Counted from the stretch's first letter, positions 1 through 12,859 are shown. The stretch: DNA of 64,000 nt from Nemertoderma westbladi (GCA_032718475.1 JAUCBJ010003593.1:3207-67206); one strand, 5' to 3'. The notes: a model not told the origin generated them from the sequence alone. Numbers and translations: made by a program.

Positions 1-622
1 TGTGTACTGGACTATGACGAGTCGAAACAACCAATAATGCAACTGTGTACTGGACTATGACGAGTCGAAACAACCAATAATGCAACTGTGTACTGGACTA
101 TGACGAGTCGAAACAACCAATAATGCAACTGTGTACTGGACTATGACGAGTCGAAACAACCAATAATGCAACTGTGTACTGGACTATGACGAGTCGAAAC
201 AACCAATAATGCAACTGTGTACTGGACTATGACGAGTCGAAACAACCAATAATGCAACTGTGTACTGGACTATGACGAGTCGTAACAACCAATAATGCAA
301 CTGTGTACTGGACTATGACGAGTCGAAACAACCAATAATGCAACTGTGTACTGGACTATGACGAGTCGAAACAACCAATAATGCAACTGTGTACTGGACT
401 ATGACGAGTCGAAACAACCAATAATGCAACTGTGTACTGGACTATGACGAGTCGAAACAACCAATAATGCAACTGTGTACTGGACTATGACGAGTCGAAA
501 CAACCAATAATGCAACTGTGTACTGGACTATGACGAGTCGAAACAACCAATAATGCAACTGTGTACTGGACTATGACGAGTCGAAACAACCAATAATGCA
601 ACTGTGTACTGGACTATGACGA
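1..622. repeat. 43-bp minisatellite (TGTGTACTGGACTATGACGAGTCGAAACAACCAATAATGCAAC), ~14.5 near-identical copies, probably continuing left of the window
   Basis: Direct 43-bp periodicity; only one substitution seen (~283). Confidence 0.97.
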
Positions 623-829
623 TCAGGTAAAACAAAATAAATAATGTAGATATAATAAAATTTATAAAATAATGTTGATGCGAGGAGAATTATAAAAATG
701 TTACAAAAAGTATACAATAATCAATTAATTAGGTTACGTATAAATAGTTTGAACAACGCGGAGTTACGCACAAATCTTGATAAAAAAAAAGGGAAAATTA
801 TTATAAAGACTCTGGTTCAGCCACCAGAT

Positions 830-960
830 TGGTGTGAACTCCGAGGTCGTCATTAAGTAATTTAAGGAGTGATGACTTGAAGACGTTCACAGATTCTGAG
901 GTGACGCCATTGTTCGGTAAGTCATTCTCATTACAGTGAATCGAGTATTATTATCCAAAA
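830..960 (-). mobile_element. Degraded 3' end of an L2/CR1-like LINE ORF2
   Basis: Minus strand reads NDLPNNGVTSESVNVFKSSLLKLL, resembling the (W)NxLP...SVxxFKxxL C-terminal motif of L2/CR1 elements. Confidence 0.45.
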
Positions 961-1125
961 TCAACGTTTCTATACCACTGGGGTACCATCATCAGGACAA
1001 ATTACGGTAATCAAACCAACTTGTACCTCAATAATAGATAGAAACGTAATAGAAGTGCGGTGGGACTACAGTACAAAGGTAGGCCTACCTCGACTACAGT
1101 ATGCAGGCGAAGTCACACTCACACA

Positions 1126-1400
1126 GAATTGATCGGAAAGTTAAGGTGTGATTATTTAGAGCAGCAGTAGTGCCAGTACTCCTCTATAGGAGTCCATGCT
1201 GGGCTCTAACTGCCGAGGACACCAAATCTCTGGATGGCACATTCACAAGAATGCTACGCCGGGTTCATTGTGTCACGTACAATGAACACATCTCCAACCA
1301 GACACTATATAACATTGGAGGTGTCTCATTGGTTCCTCCAAGCTTCACACTAGAACAAAGCCGTTTTGCAAGACATTGCCTTCTCCTTGAGGACTAGCCT
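1126..1400 (+). mobile_element. RTE-clade LINE fragment (same family as 35708-37443)
   Basis: PVLLYRSPCWALTAEDTKSLDGTFTRMLRRVH is near-identical to the copy at ~36980-37200; this copy has stops and deletions. Confidence 0.9.
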
Positions 1401-1578
1401 GTGCACCTGCACAGTCTTCTGATTTGGTTTCAATGCAGCAGGCCGATTATAGTAGTACAGTAGGTCTATGCAGATACAGTATACAGTACAGTAGAAATGA
1501 AAAAATGGTGGAGATTGGAAAGGCTGAACCCACAAAATACTGCTGAATATACTGTTGATGATGGGGTATGGTACATAC

Positions 1579-1734
1579 CATATGGAGCATTCATTGTGTG
1601 GGTCGTCCCATGTTTCTCCTGGGAGGTAATGATGGTTCCCTATAATACAGGCTGCCTCGCATTCTTCGGGTAGACAATCTCTTGTATCTTCTAGAGGCTG
1701 ATGATCACCAACAACTCCATGTGTGTATAACGTT
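1579..1734 (-). CDS. Exon 18: end of TSP1 + start of VWC (RTLYTHGVVGDHQPLEDTRDCLPEECEAACIIGNHHYLPGETWDDPHNECSIC)
   Basis: Acceptor TTCTAG, donor GTATGT, phase 2-2; CxxxxxxYxPGETWxxxxxxCxxC VWC pattern. Not in the ORF track. Confidence 0.9.
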
Positions 1735-2603
1735 CTAGAAAATAGAAAAAATTAACTTGATATCCGCTGATTATTGGGTAGGAAGGTTTATTTACGAGAC
1801 AGGGGGGGGGGGGGGGGGGATTGGACGCAAATCCCATCTTGGCGAATTAATATCCCGCCTCAATGTTAAATTCTCAATGTTAAATTCTCAATTTAGGGAA
1901 AGGAGCAGGTTACAGTGGCACGTTATTTTAACCAAAACAATAATCTAAACACAATAGAACAGGTTACAGTTTTATTTTTGAGTATAATCAGCTGTTATTT
2001 GCGTCGAATTTCCCCTGGATAGGGATGAATTTTTATTGCTTCTAGTCTCCCCCCTATCTGTTATTTACATATCACTGCCATACATAAAGTAGCGAGGTTT
2101 ATTGTTTAGGTTGATAACATTATATTTACTGCATGGTGTTAATTAAGTATGATTTTATACATAGGCCAATAATTGAACAGTAGGAAATTGCGCTGCAAAA
2201 TTCTCATTGAATCACATCAGATATTCTGTCATACACACCTACTGGCCATTATGCGTCGTATTATTTCCTAAAACTGAATCGCAATTAATCAGACTTATAA
2301 ATATATTAAAATTTATTTATTATATTAATTTATTCAAAACTGAATAATATAGATAACAAAAATTATTACATTATCTCACAAAAACTACCGGTACCGGTAC
2401 GGTAGTTATTATGTTTCGAATTAATTATATTGTATAAGTTTTAAATGTAAGTGGCTCACAGCGTGTCACATTCAGATGCACCGCAGATGGACCTGTGTAG
2501 TGCCGAGGCTTTGTTAGCACAAATCGGAGCAACTGTACGCGACACAAAACATCAACATACAAAAAAATAGTTTCTTAAAATAATTGATTGTGCATCGTCT
2601 CAC

Positions 2604-2726
2604 CTGTGTCGCTTTTGTTCTCCACATTCGTGGTCGCAACGATCCCACTCTCCCCAGGGCCCGACACTGCAGTAGCACTCCTCCTGAGTCAGTCCCGTGC
2701 AAACCATTACATACCCGACACATTCA
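2604..2726 (-). CDS. Exon 17: end of VWC-like + start of TSP1 (CECVGYVMVCTGLTQEECYCSVGPWGEWDRCDHECGEQKRHR)
   Basis: Acceptor GTACAG, donor GTGAGA, phase 2-2; WxxWxxCxxxCG..R.R TSP1 motif. Confidence 0.9.
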
Positions 2727-3300
2727 CTGTACATAAATTTAACTTACAAATATTATCTGAACTTTAAATATTTTATTTTGTATATTTAATTTATTTCAGT
2801 GTAGTAGCATATATGGTATGTAGCTAATTATCATTGTATTGTATTTCATCCTGTTACGTTTATGTTTTTTTTCAATAAAATGTTAAATTATACTATTTCA
2901 GTATTTTAGGTTAATGTTATTACTGTAAATTGCTTAGATGCCTGCCGACCCAGATACAATTTCGCAACTTGTATGCCTAGGCAACAGCTATATGGCGACT
3001 TGGCTTCCTTTGGGGGAGCAAATAGAAAGACAAAGATATTTACAGAGTGTTCAGCCTTGTGAGTTATTGTGGCGGCATCCATGCCTTGTATGTAATAGCC
3101 AAGAGAGAGAGAGAGAGCCTTCGAGTTGCCCCGGTGTTTCGTGTTTAACTTGAACCGCTTTGAACATCCAAGAAAATTCTTTCCCTTTATTTTTGTATTG
3201 AGCTTACAGTATCTATTTGCAGGAGATTTGGCGGGTAATTTGAATTGTATTATTCTTGTTAGGTATGTTTATTACACTACATTATTGTACCGTTAATTTT

Positions 3301-3338
3301 GCGCTGAAGATGTTATTAGAATATAACGAAACGTCCGT
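3301..3338 (+). ncRNA. Minimal type I hammerhead ribozyme-like motif (Penelope-like element pLTR type)
   Basis: CTGAAGA-T-GTTAT(tagaat)ATAAC-GAAA-CGTC: conserved core, 5-bp stem II and palindromic minimal stem III. Stem I is only ~3 bp. Confidence 0.55.
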
Positions 3339-3939
3339 TTTTGCATTGTAAGCTTATTATTTTTAATATGTTTTCAACATTCTACCAACTTGTTCTTGTA
3401 ATTTTGACTCCATTACGATTTAGATTCCCCTCTGGGACCTCGTTAACTTTTTAGATTAGTCCAGGGATATATGGAGTGACTTTTTTTATTGGCTATTTTT
3501 ATGTAAGAGTTTGGAATCGTCAAATCGCCCATTAACCCCTTTCGCTTCGTGTTTTAGATAACTACAGGGTCATGTCAGAGAAAGGTAGAAAGGGCTGCTT
3601 ATAATACAAATATTTTACAATATAACACTGTACAAAATACGATAACAATATCAACAAACTGTTTAATAGTGCACGGCTATCAGCTCGTACGGTATTTTAG
3701 TTATAACAACTCGAACCGTTTGGAACGCGCTTGATTGCGGGATCCACTGCTGTCTTATACATATTTATAATATTGTTGACTGTGATTGTGATCTGTTTTA
3801 TAATTATTGTTGTTAGTATACCCTCTGCATGACTCTTTGTTAGAATGGGGCACGTAAATAAACCATGTTATATTATTATCAAGAGTAATAAGTAAATGAT
3901 ATTAAATGTTCAATATATACAGTACGGCAGAATACGTAC

Positions 3940-4183
3940 CAAGTCCTATTACCGCAGTCTGTGAATGTCACTTCTTTGTAATCGAGAGGGAATCCGTTCC
4001 CTGTTTCATCGTAACATTCGGTGCAAGCATCGACACATTCACCGTGTTGGTCTTCCATCTGCCCCAGTGGACAGCAGCAACCATGATGGCAATCCGCCTC
4101 GTCCACACAACTATCCCCCTGCCCGTCGCACATACGGTTGCACTCGTTTGCGCAATCGCATGGTACCTTCGGGTAGTCACATT
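3940..4183 (-). CDS. Exon 16: TIL domain + start of VWC-like (ECDYPKVPCDCANECNRMCDGQGDSCVDEADCHHGCCCPLGQMEDQHGECVDACTECY...)
   Basis: Acceptor TCTCAG, donor GTACGT, phase 1-2; TIL Cys spacing GCxCP.G.....G.CV. Confidence 0.92.
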
Positions 4184-4586
4184 CTGAGAAAAGAATATTA
4201 TATTATTATAATATTATTATAACTGGAAATGGTAATCAAGTTTTCATCACCATCACCCAAATTTAAATAGTGAACAATGCAATTAGCAATTTGTGGGTGA
4301 TATTTAATTGGTTGATTTTTAAGGTTTTTTTTCTAATTAATCTGACTGCGTACTGGTATACTATCTGATCACTTACTGTGATACTGACGATACTGTCAAT
4401 ACTTTAATTAAGTACTACTGCTATTCAATATTTGATTCAATGCAATGTAAAGTTAAAGCTACGAAATAGCCAATATGTTTGCCACTATATGATTATTAAG
4501 GCCTACCAACTGTTACCTATACTTAATGCCTACCTTGCATTATGTATAATAGCGTAATGGACACAGGGGCGCAGCCATACGTTCCC

Positions 4587-5783
4587 GTAAGTGGGGGGGG
4601 GGGTGGGGGGACGATAAAATAATTTTAAAAAATAGTTTTACAAATCTTAATGATATTTTAATGAAATTTGAAACTGAGATGGTTTCAAAATTTTCGAAAA
4701 AATTGTGTTGTGTTGAATTGTGTTGAATTACTGATGTTCTGTACCTTACCGGTAAAAGGATTGCAGATATCTGATACAGTAGCAACAATCAGACTGCAGT
4801 ATGTCAAGGCCTAGTAAAATGGCTAAGGCTGCAATACGCCGTCACCCACTTATGGATGTCGGGCGACACCAGCGAGAGGAGGTTGACCGAGACATTGCCA
4901 GTGAAGTTGCCCAAATCTCAGAGGATGTGGATAGGCCTACTCGTCAGCCTCGTCGAAAAAGATAACCAGTACCGGTACCGGTACAGTACCGGTACAGTAC
5001 CGGTAGATTCCGATAAGGTTTCTGGATTAATTTTTTCGCAATAATATTACCGACTATGTAGATCAAAAATATATTATTGAATTAAAATACTAAAAGTATG
5101 CCATATAGGGGACCGCTAAAAATGCCAGAAACGGATTTAGCGTCCAAAAAAACCCCAGGTATTGAAAATTTCTATAAACACATTGTCAGAAGCGATACAG
5201 TCATACAGATACAGACATAATCCTGTAATCTATAAAATCTTGTTTTGCAATCTTAAACTGTGTTTTTCTCAATAACATTTTTTTTTCATTTTTCCAGCAC
5301 TAACAACCCTAGGCCTACTAGTCCGCCAGTTTTTAAGAATTTACCTTGAAATTTGAACACAACATACAGGACATGACAGGGATTCGATATTATAGAAGAC
5401 ATTTTGAGATTCGTATTGCAGCGCTGGTTTTTTGTAAAAATGTAGAACTTTTTTTACGAAATTCAAATTTTCGACATTTCTCAGGTTGAAGACAAAATAT
5501 GAAAAAATCCTCTATAATTATTAATAAACGTTGTCTAAAGAAGCCCTCCAGCAAATTTCGAGTTACCTCGATAATTTGTAACGAAGCCTTAAGAGTTTTG
5601 ACGAAAATTCTAAAAATTCGAATAAAATTGGCGGGAAATTCAAAATCGAATATTTCTTTATAAATTCGCCTTAGCAATTATATAAGACATATGCATGGCA
5701 AATTTCAAGCCAAATTTATTGAACCAAATGCATTTCAGACACCAAAAACTGAAGGTGTGTCAAAAAGGTGTACCCCCCCTTAA
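4587..5783. mobile_element. Possible non-autonomous DNA transposon remnant (TTAA-GGGG end, Kolobok-like)
   Basis: Right end reads TTAAGGGGGGGTACACC on the minus strand, with recurring TGAAATTT subterminal motifs; the left end matches poorly. Confidence 0.25.
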
Positions 5784-6003
5784 CTAGACCAGGCAGCAGC
5801 TTGGTTTAGTGACATTCCTGGATCTTCTAAAATTTATCACATAGTAGCCTATGTGTTAGCAGAGGCATATAATTCTTATGTGACAAAAGAATCCATTCAA
5901 ATCGCATATTGTTTCTTCCAACAATCAACTTTCAATGTTTTCGTGACAACACTTATCCCATAACGAAGCTGTCGATTCCCAAAGTCGTCAACACATATTG
6001 GAA

Positions 6004-6288
6004 GAACCAGCCCAAGTGCTGCGAACCAGACCTAGTGCTGCGAGCCAGCCCTAGTGCTGCGAACCAACCCTAGTGCTGCGAACCAACCCTAGTGCTGCGA
6101 ATCAGCCCTAGTGCTGCGAACCTACCGTAGTGCTGCGAACCAACCCTAGTGCTGCGAACCAGCCCTAGTGCTGCGAACCAGCCCTAGTGCTGCGAACCAA
6201 CCCTAGTGCTGCGAACCAACCCTAGTGCTGCGAACCAACCCTAGTGCTGCGAACCAACCCTAGTGCTGCGAACCAACCCTAGTGCTGC
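6004..6288. repeat. 19-bp minisatellite (GAACCAACCCTAGTGCTGC), ~15 copies
   Basis: Direct 19-bp periodicity. Confidence 0.95.
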
Positions 6289-6374
6289 TTGCTATAAGCG
6301 TCTTCTCTTCAGTACACCACTTCCTAATATTATATCTACAGCAACACCAAAGAACGCGATTAATAAATACTTAC

Positions 6375-6533
6375 CGCAATCTATTGTGCAGACTTGACTC
6401 TCAATCTCAGTGCTTAGTGCAACAAGTTCGTTAATATTTTCGTCGAGTAGCAAGCACTCTCGGATCCGTGTTTGCAACCCATGCTGACTGCATGTTGCGT
6501 TGCACTCAGAGAAATCACCCCATACATCCCAAG
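6375..6533 (-). CDS. Exon 15: TSP1 domain (SWDVWGDFSECNATCSQHGLQTRIREC...EIESQVCTIDC)
   Basis: Acceptor TTTTAG, donor GTAAGT, phase 1-1; WxxWxxFSxCxxTC..G.QTRxRxC motif. Confidence 0.93.
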
Positions 6534-6960
6534 CTAAAAATAATTAGGAAATGTGTGGATTTTTTGTTTATGTTGTAGTGGACTAAGAAATCATAATTAC
6601 AGTCACAAGGAGAACTTTACTACAAATAAACATGTCATACATATTCTCTGCTGCTAAAATATAATGGGTAGGCCTACATGCTTTAATAATAGTCTGACAA
6701 ATTTGGCGTGCAATAGTATTATCAATGTTAATTTGTGAAGCATAGTTCTACCAAACGCAAAGGGCCTACATAAAACACTTATATCAGTCATCAATACTGC
6801 AACACTAGGCCTATATTTATTACCTATACAATACACCTAATCAGGTACCGTAGTGTTGTACCGTAATAAGAATGTGGGGCGAATTATGCATGTCCATTTT
6901 GCAAATTATTAATGATGTAATATGAATAATCTTATACAATCATCTAATTCAAATACTTAC

Positions 6961-9900
6961 AGCATTCTGGGTTTGGAGGTAATGTGCTAGTTGATTCGCC
7001 GCAGTGGTCTTCACATGTGAACATACCATCTATACAAATGCACTGTGTGCAGTCACCAACATAAACAACTGTATCCGGGGAGTACCATGGCAATGTAGTA
7101 AATTCGTTCTCATTGGGAATAACAAAAGTAGTAATGGGTGGTGCAACAGTGCCTTCTCCTCCTGGTGCTGGTGCACCTGGTGCTGGTGCACCTGGTGCTG
7201 GTGCACCTGGTGCTGGTGCTCCTGGTTCTGGTGCTGGTGTACCTGCTCCTCCTGGTGCTGGTGTACCTGCTCCTCCTGGTGCTGGTGTACCTGCTCCTCC
7301 TGGTGCTGGTGTACCTGCTCCTCCTGGTGCTGGTGTACCTGCTCCTCCTGGTGCTGGTGTACCTGATACTCCTGGTGCTGGTGTACCTGCTCCTCCTGGT
7401 GCTGGTGTACCTGCTCCTCCTGGTGCTGGTGTACCTGCCCCTCCTGGTGCTGGTGTACCTGCTCCTCCTGGTGCTGGTGTATCTGCTCCTCCTGGCGCTG
7501 GTGTACCTGCTCCTCCTGGTGCTGGTGTACCTGCTCCTCCTGGTGCTGGTGTACCTACTTCTCCTGGTGCTGGTGTAACGGCTCCTGCTGGTGCTGGTGT
7601 GCCTGCTTCTCCTGGTGCTGGTGTACCTGATACTCCTGGTGCTGGTGTACCTGCTCCTCCTGGTGCTGATGTACCTGCTTCTCCTGGTGCTGGTGTACCT
7701 GCTCCTCCTGGTGCTGGTGTACCTGCTCCTCCTGGTGCTGGTGTACCTGCTCCCCCTGGTGCTGGTGTACCTGATACTCCTGGTGCTGGTGTACCTGATA
7801 CTCCTGGTGCTGGTGTACCTGCTCCTCCTGGTGCTGGTGTACCTGCTCCTCCTGGTGCTGGTGTGCCAACTCCTGGTGGAGGTGTTACAACTCCTTCCAG
7901 TGGAGGTGGTATTGCGCCTTCTCCTCCTGGTGAAGGTGGTGGTGCACCCGCTCCTCCTGGTGAAGGTGGTGGTGCACCTGCTCCTCCTGGTGAAGGTGGT
8001 GGTGCACCTGGTCCTCCTGGTGCTGGTGTACCTGCTCCTCCTGGTGCTGGTGTACCTGCTCCTACTGGTGCTGGTGTACCTGCTCCTCCTGGTGCTGGTG
8101 TACCTGCTCCTCCTGGTGATGGTGTACCTGCTCCTCCTGGTGCTGGTGTACCTGCTCCTCCTGGTGCTGGTGTACCTGCTACTCCTGGTTCTGGTGTACC
8201 TGCTCCTCCTGGTGCTGGTGTACCTGCTTCTCCTGGTGCTGGTGTACCTGCTCCTCCTGGTGCTAGTGTACCTGTTCCTCCTGGTGCTGGTGTACCTGAT
8301 ACTCCTGGTGCTGGTGTACCAGCTCCTCCTGGTGCTGGTGTACCAGCTCCTACTGGTGCTGGTGTACCTGCTCCTCCTGGTGCTGGTGTACCTGCTTCTC
8401 CTGGCGCTGGTGTACCTGATACTCCTGGTGCTGGTGTACCTGCTCCTCCTGGTGCTGGTGTACCTGATACTCCTGGTGCTGGTGTACCTGCTTCTCCTGG
8501 TGCTGGTGTACCTGCTCCTCCTGGTGCTGGTGTACCAGCTCCTACTGGTGCTGGTGTACCTGCTTCTCCTGGCGCTGGTGTACCTGATACTCCTGGTGCT
8601 GGTGTCCCTGCTCCTCCTGGTGCTGGTGTACCTGTTCCTCCTGGTGCTGGTGTCCCTGCTCCTCCTGGTGCTGATGTACCTGCTTCTCCTGGTGATGGTG
8701 TACCTGCTCCTCCTGGTGCTGGTGTACCTGATACTCCTGGTGCTGGTGTACCTGCTCCTCCTGGTACTGGTGTACCAGCTCCTACTGGTGCTGGTGTACC
8801 TGCTCCTCCTGGTGCTGGTGTACCTGCTCCTCCTGGTGCAGATGTACCTGCTCCTCCTGGTGCTGGTGTACCTGCTCCTCCTGGTGCTGGTGTACCTGCT
8901 CCTCCTGGTGCTGGTGTACCTGCTTCTCCTGGTGCTGGTGTACCTGCTTCTCCTGGTGCTGGTGTACCTGCTCCTCCTGGTGCTGGTGTACCTGCTTCTC
9001 CTGGTGCTGGTGTACCTGCTTCTCCTGGTGCTGGTGTACCTGATACTCCTGGTGATGGTGTACCTGCTTCTCCTGGTGCTGGTGTACCTGCTCCTCCTGG
9101 TGCTGGTGTACCTGCTCCTCCTGGTACTGGTGTGCCAACTCCTGGTGGAGGTGTTACAACTCCTTCCAGTGGAGGTGGTATTGCGCCTGCTCCTCCTGGT
9201 GAAGGTGGAGGTGCACCCGCTCCTCCTGGTGAAGGTGGTGGTGCACCTGCTCCTCCTGGTGAAGGTGGTGGTGTACCTGCTCCTCCTGGTGCTGGTGTAC
9301 CTGCTCCTCCAGGTGCTGGTGTACCTGCTTCTCCTGGTACTGGTGTACCTGCTCCTCCTGGTGCTGGTGTACCTGCTCCACCTGGTGCTGGTGTACCTGA
9401 TACTCCTGGCGCTGGTGTACCTGCTTCTCCTGGTGCTGGTGTACCTAATACTCCTGGTGCTGGTGTACCTGCTCCTCCTGGTGCTGGTGTACCTGATACT
9501 CCTGGTGCTGGTGTACCTGTTGCTCCTGGTGCTGGTGTACCTGCTTCTCCTGGCGCTGGTGTACCTGCTTCTCCTGGTGCTGGTGTACCTGCTCCTCCTG
9601 GTGCTGGTGTACCTGCTCCTCCAGGTGCTGGTGTACCTGCTCCTCCTGGTGCTGGTGTACCTGCTTCTCCTGGAGTTGGTGTACCTGCTCCTCCTGGTGC
9701 TGGTGTACCTACTCCTCCTGGTGCTGGTGTACCTGCTCCTCCTGGTGCTGGTGTACCTGCTTCTCCTGGTGCTGGTGTACCTGCTCCTCCTGGTGCTGTT
9801 GTACCTGCTCCTCCTGGTGCTGGTGTACCTGCTTCTCCTGGTGATGATGTACCTGATACTCCTGGTGCTGGTGTACCTGCTTCTCCTGGTGCTGGTGAGC

Positions 9901-12094
9901 CTGCTCCTCCTGGTGATGGTGTACCTGCTCCTCCTGGTGCTGGTGTGCCAACTCCTGGTGGAGGTGTTACAACTCCTTCCAGTGGAGGTGGTATTGCGCC
10001 TGCTCCTCCTGGTGAAGGTGGAGGTGCACCCGCTCCTCCTGGTGAAGGTGGTGGTGCACCTGCTCCTCCTGGTGAAGGTGGTGGTTCGCCTGGTCCTCCT
10101 GGTGAAGGTGTACCTGATACTCCTGGTGCTGGTGTACCTGCTCCTCCTGGTGCTGGTGTACCTGCTCCTCCTGGTGCTGGTGTCCCTGCTCCTCCTGGTG
10201 CTGGTGTACCTGCTCCTCCTGGTGCTGGTGTTCCTGCTCCTCCTGGTGCTGGTGTACCTGTTCCTCCTGGTGCTGGTGTACCTGCTCCTCCTGGTGCTGG
10301 TGTACCTGATACTCCAGGTGCTAGTGTACCTGCTCCTCCTGGTGCTGGTGTACCTGATACTCCTGGTGCTGGTGTACCTGCTCCTCCTGGTGCTGGTGTA
10401 CCTGATACTCCAGGTGCTAGTGTACCTGCTCCTCCTGGTGCTGGTGTACCTGCTCCTACTTGTGCTGGTGTACCTGCTTCTCCTGGTGCTGGTGTACCTG
10501 CTTCTCCTGGTGCTGGTGTACCTGCTCCTCCTGGTGCTGGTGTACCTGCTTCTCCTGGTGCTGGTGTACCTGCTCCTCCTGGTGCTGGTGTACCTGCTCC
10601 TCCTGGTGCTTGTGTACCTGCTTCTCCTGGTGCTGGTGTACCTGCTCCTCCTGGTGCTGGTGTACCTGCTCCTCCTGGTGCTGGTGTACCTGCTCCTCCT
10701 GGTGCTGGTGTACCTGCTCCCCCTGGTGCTGGTGTGCCAACTCCTGGTGGAGGTGTTACAACTCCTTCCAGTGGAGGTGGTATTGCGCCTGCTCCTCCTG
10801 GTGAAGGTGGTGGTGCGCCTGCTCCTCCTGGTGAAGGTGGTGGTGCACCTGCTCCTCCTGGTGAAGGTGGTGGTTCGCCTGGTCCTCCTGGTGAAGGTGT
10901 ACCTGATACTCCTGGTGCTGGTGTACCTGTTCCTCCTGGTGCTGGTGTCCCTGCTCCTCCTGGTGCTGGTGTACCTGCTCCTTCTGGTGCTGGTGTACCT
11001 GCTCCTCCTGGTGCTGGTGTACCTGCTCCTCCTGGTGCTGGTGTCCCTGCTCCTCCTGGTGCTGGTGTACCTGCTCCTCCTGGTGCTGGTGTACCTGCTC
11101 CTCCTGGTGCTGGTGTACCTGCTCCTCCTGGTGCTGGTGTACCTGATACTCCTGGTGCTAGTGTACCTGCTCCTCCTGGTGCTGGTGTACCTGCTCCTCC
11201 TGGTGCTGGTGTACCTGCTCCCCCTGGTGCTGGTGTGCCAACTCCTGGTGGAGGTGTTACAACTCCTTCCAGTGGAGGTGGTATTGCACCTGCTCCTCCT
11301 GGTGAAGGTGGTGGTGCGCCTGCTCCTCCTGGTGAAGGTGGTGGTTCGCCTGGTCCTCCTGGTGAAGGTGTACCTGATACTCCTGGTGCTGGTGTACCTG
11401 CTTCTCCTGGTTCTGGTGTACCTGCTTCTCCTGGTGCTGGTGTACCTGCTCCTCCTGGTGCTGGTGTACCTGCTCCTCCTGGTGCTGGTGTACCTGCTCC
11501 TCCTGGTGCTGATGTGCCAACTCCTGGTGGAGGTGTTACAACTCCTTCCAGTGGAGGTGGTATTGCGCCTGCTCCTCCTGGTGAAGGTGGTGGTGCGCCT
11601 GCTCCTCCTGGTGAAGGTGGTGGTGCACCTGCTCCTCCTGGTGAAGGTGGTGGTTCGCCTGGTCCTCCTGGTGAAGGTGTACCTGATACTCCTGGTGCTG
11701 GTGTACCTGTTCCTACTGGTGCTGGTGTCCCTGCTCCTCCTGGTGATGGTGTACCTGCTCCTCCTGGTGCTGGTGTACCTGCTCCTCCTGGTGCTGGTGT
11801 ACCTGCTCCTCCTGGTGCTGGTGTACCTGCTCCCCCTGGTGCTGGTGTCCCTGCTCCTCCTGGTGCTGGTGTACCTGCTCCTCCTGGTGCTGGTGTACCT
11901 GCTCCTCCTGGTGCTGGTGTACCTGCTCCTCCTGGTGCTGGTGTACCTGCTTCTCCTGGTGCTGGTGTACCTGCTTCTCCTGGTGCTGGCGTACCTACTT
12001 CTCCTGGTGCTGGCGTTTCTGCTCCTCCTGGTGCTGGTGTATCTCGTGGTGGCGGGCTTCCCAAAACATCCATGTTAAATGGGCAAGGACAATC
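6961..12094 (-). CDS. Exon 14 (5,134 bp): DCPC + ~1,640 aa (GAGTPAPG)n Pro/Gly/Ala/Thr repeat + rest of a VWC-like domain
   Basis: Acceptor TTCCAG, donor GTAAGT, phase 0-1; uninterrupted frame (ORF 6944..12073). Ends [29 protein letters not shown]. Confidence 0.93.
7150..12045 (-). repeat. Coding 24-bp tandem repeat (~200 units) with 30-bp [10 protein letters not shown] variants and six higher-order blocks containing [16 protein letters not shown]
   Basis: Blocks at ~7866, 9135, 9948, 10737, 11237 and 11517. Confidence 0.97.
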
Positions 12095-12859
12095 CTGGAA
12101 ATTTTAAGTAAATATTATTTTAATTTAATTTAATTTTAATAGATTTAATATGTATATAATTGTACATTTGTTTACATTAGTTAGTTAGTTAGGTAGCGTT
12201 CGCTATTAAATAGACAAATCAACAAACACAAATTTTGACATCTAAACTTAGAGAGAATAGGGAAAATCCCTTTCAAAAAACAAATGGAAAATAACACATA
12301 CTACATACAACATAGAAAACGATCAAATTAAATTAAGCTTTAGTTTCACCCCGGTTTAGTATACCTTAATTAACTGACTTAATGGCAAAAATACTATATA
12401 TACTAATACTCTATGGCAAATAATTTAACTATTTCAAAAATATTTTTCCACAGACTTGCCGAATTGAAAAATTTACTTTAAATCTTTGAATTATAATACT
12501 GCTATAGCGCACTATAGCTGTTCGGGGCAAAATAAAAGGACGTGGTTCTCTTCCTGTATATACTCGGTACCGTGGCACCGTGGCAAGAGCAGATTCTACA
12601 TACATGTAATACACAGATACATGTAATAGCCTCATGTTAGTAGACTGGGATGAAGGGTTTTCTTCTGAGGTAAACTGGATGTACCGGTACAATAAAGTCA
12701 TCGTTAATAATTGTGCGGAATGTTACGAATTTCGTTGACCATTTGGATTTGCAGACTTTCGGTGCGTCAGGTGTGGTATGTTCAGTACATCATAAAGATT
12801 GTGCGGTGGCGGTGGAAATGGCATTTTATATTTCAACCTCACCTATATTATGTTGGTCA

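Noticed and set aside
1-622. CRISPR-like appearance of the 43-bp array (and the 19-bp array at 6004-6288)
   Set aside because: Head-to-tail repeats with no unique spacers, no cas genes, and a eukaryotic intron context.
2460-2532. Possible extra minus-strand exon bounded by AG and GTGAG
   Set aside because: In the phase required by exon 17 it reads CSDLC-stop, and exon 17 joins exon 18 directly to complete the TSP1 domain.
7113-12107. Plus-strand 1664-aa (GAGVPAPP)n and 1495-aa Leu/Val-rich ORFs
   Set aside because: Antisense shadows of exon 14. Only the minus frame runs into Cys-rich domain sequence with matching splice phases.
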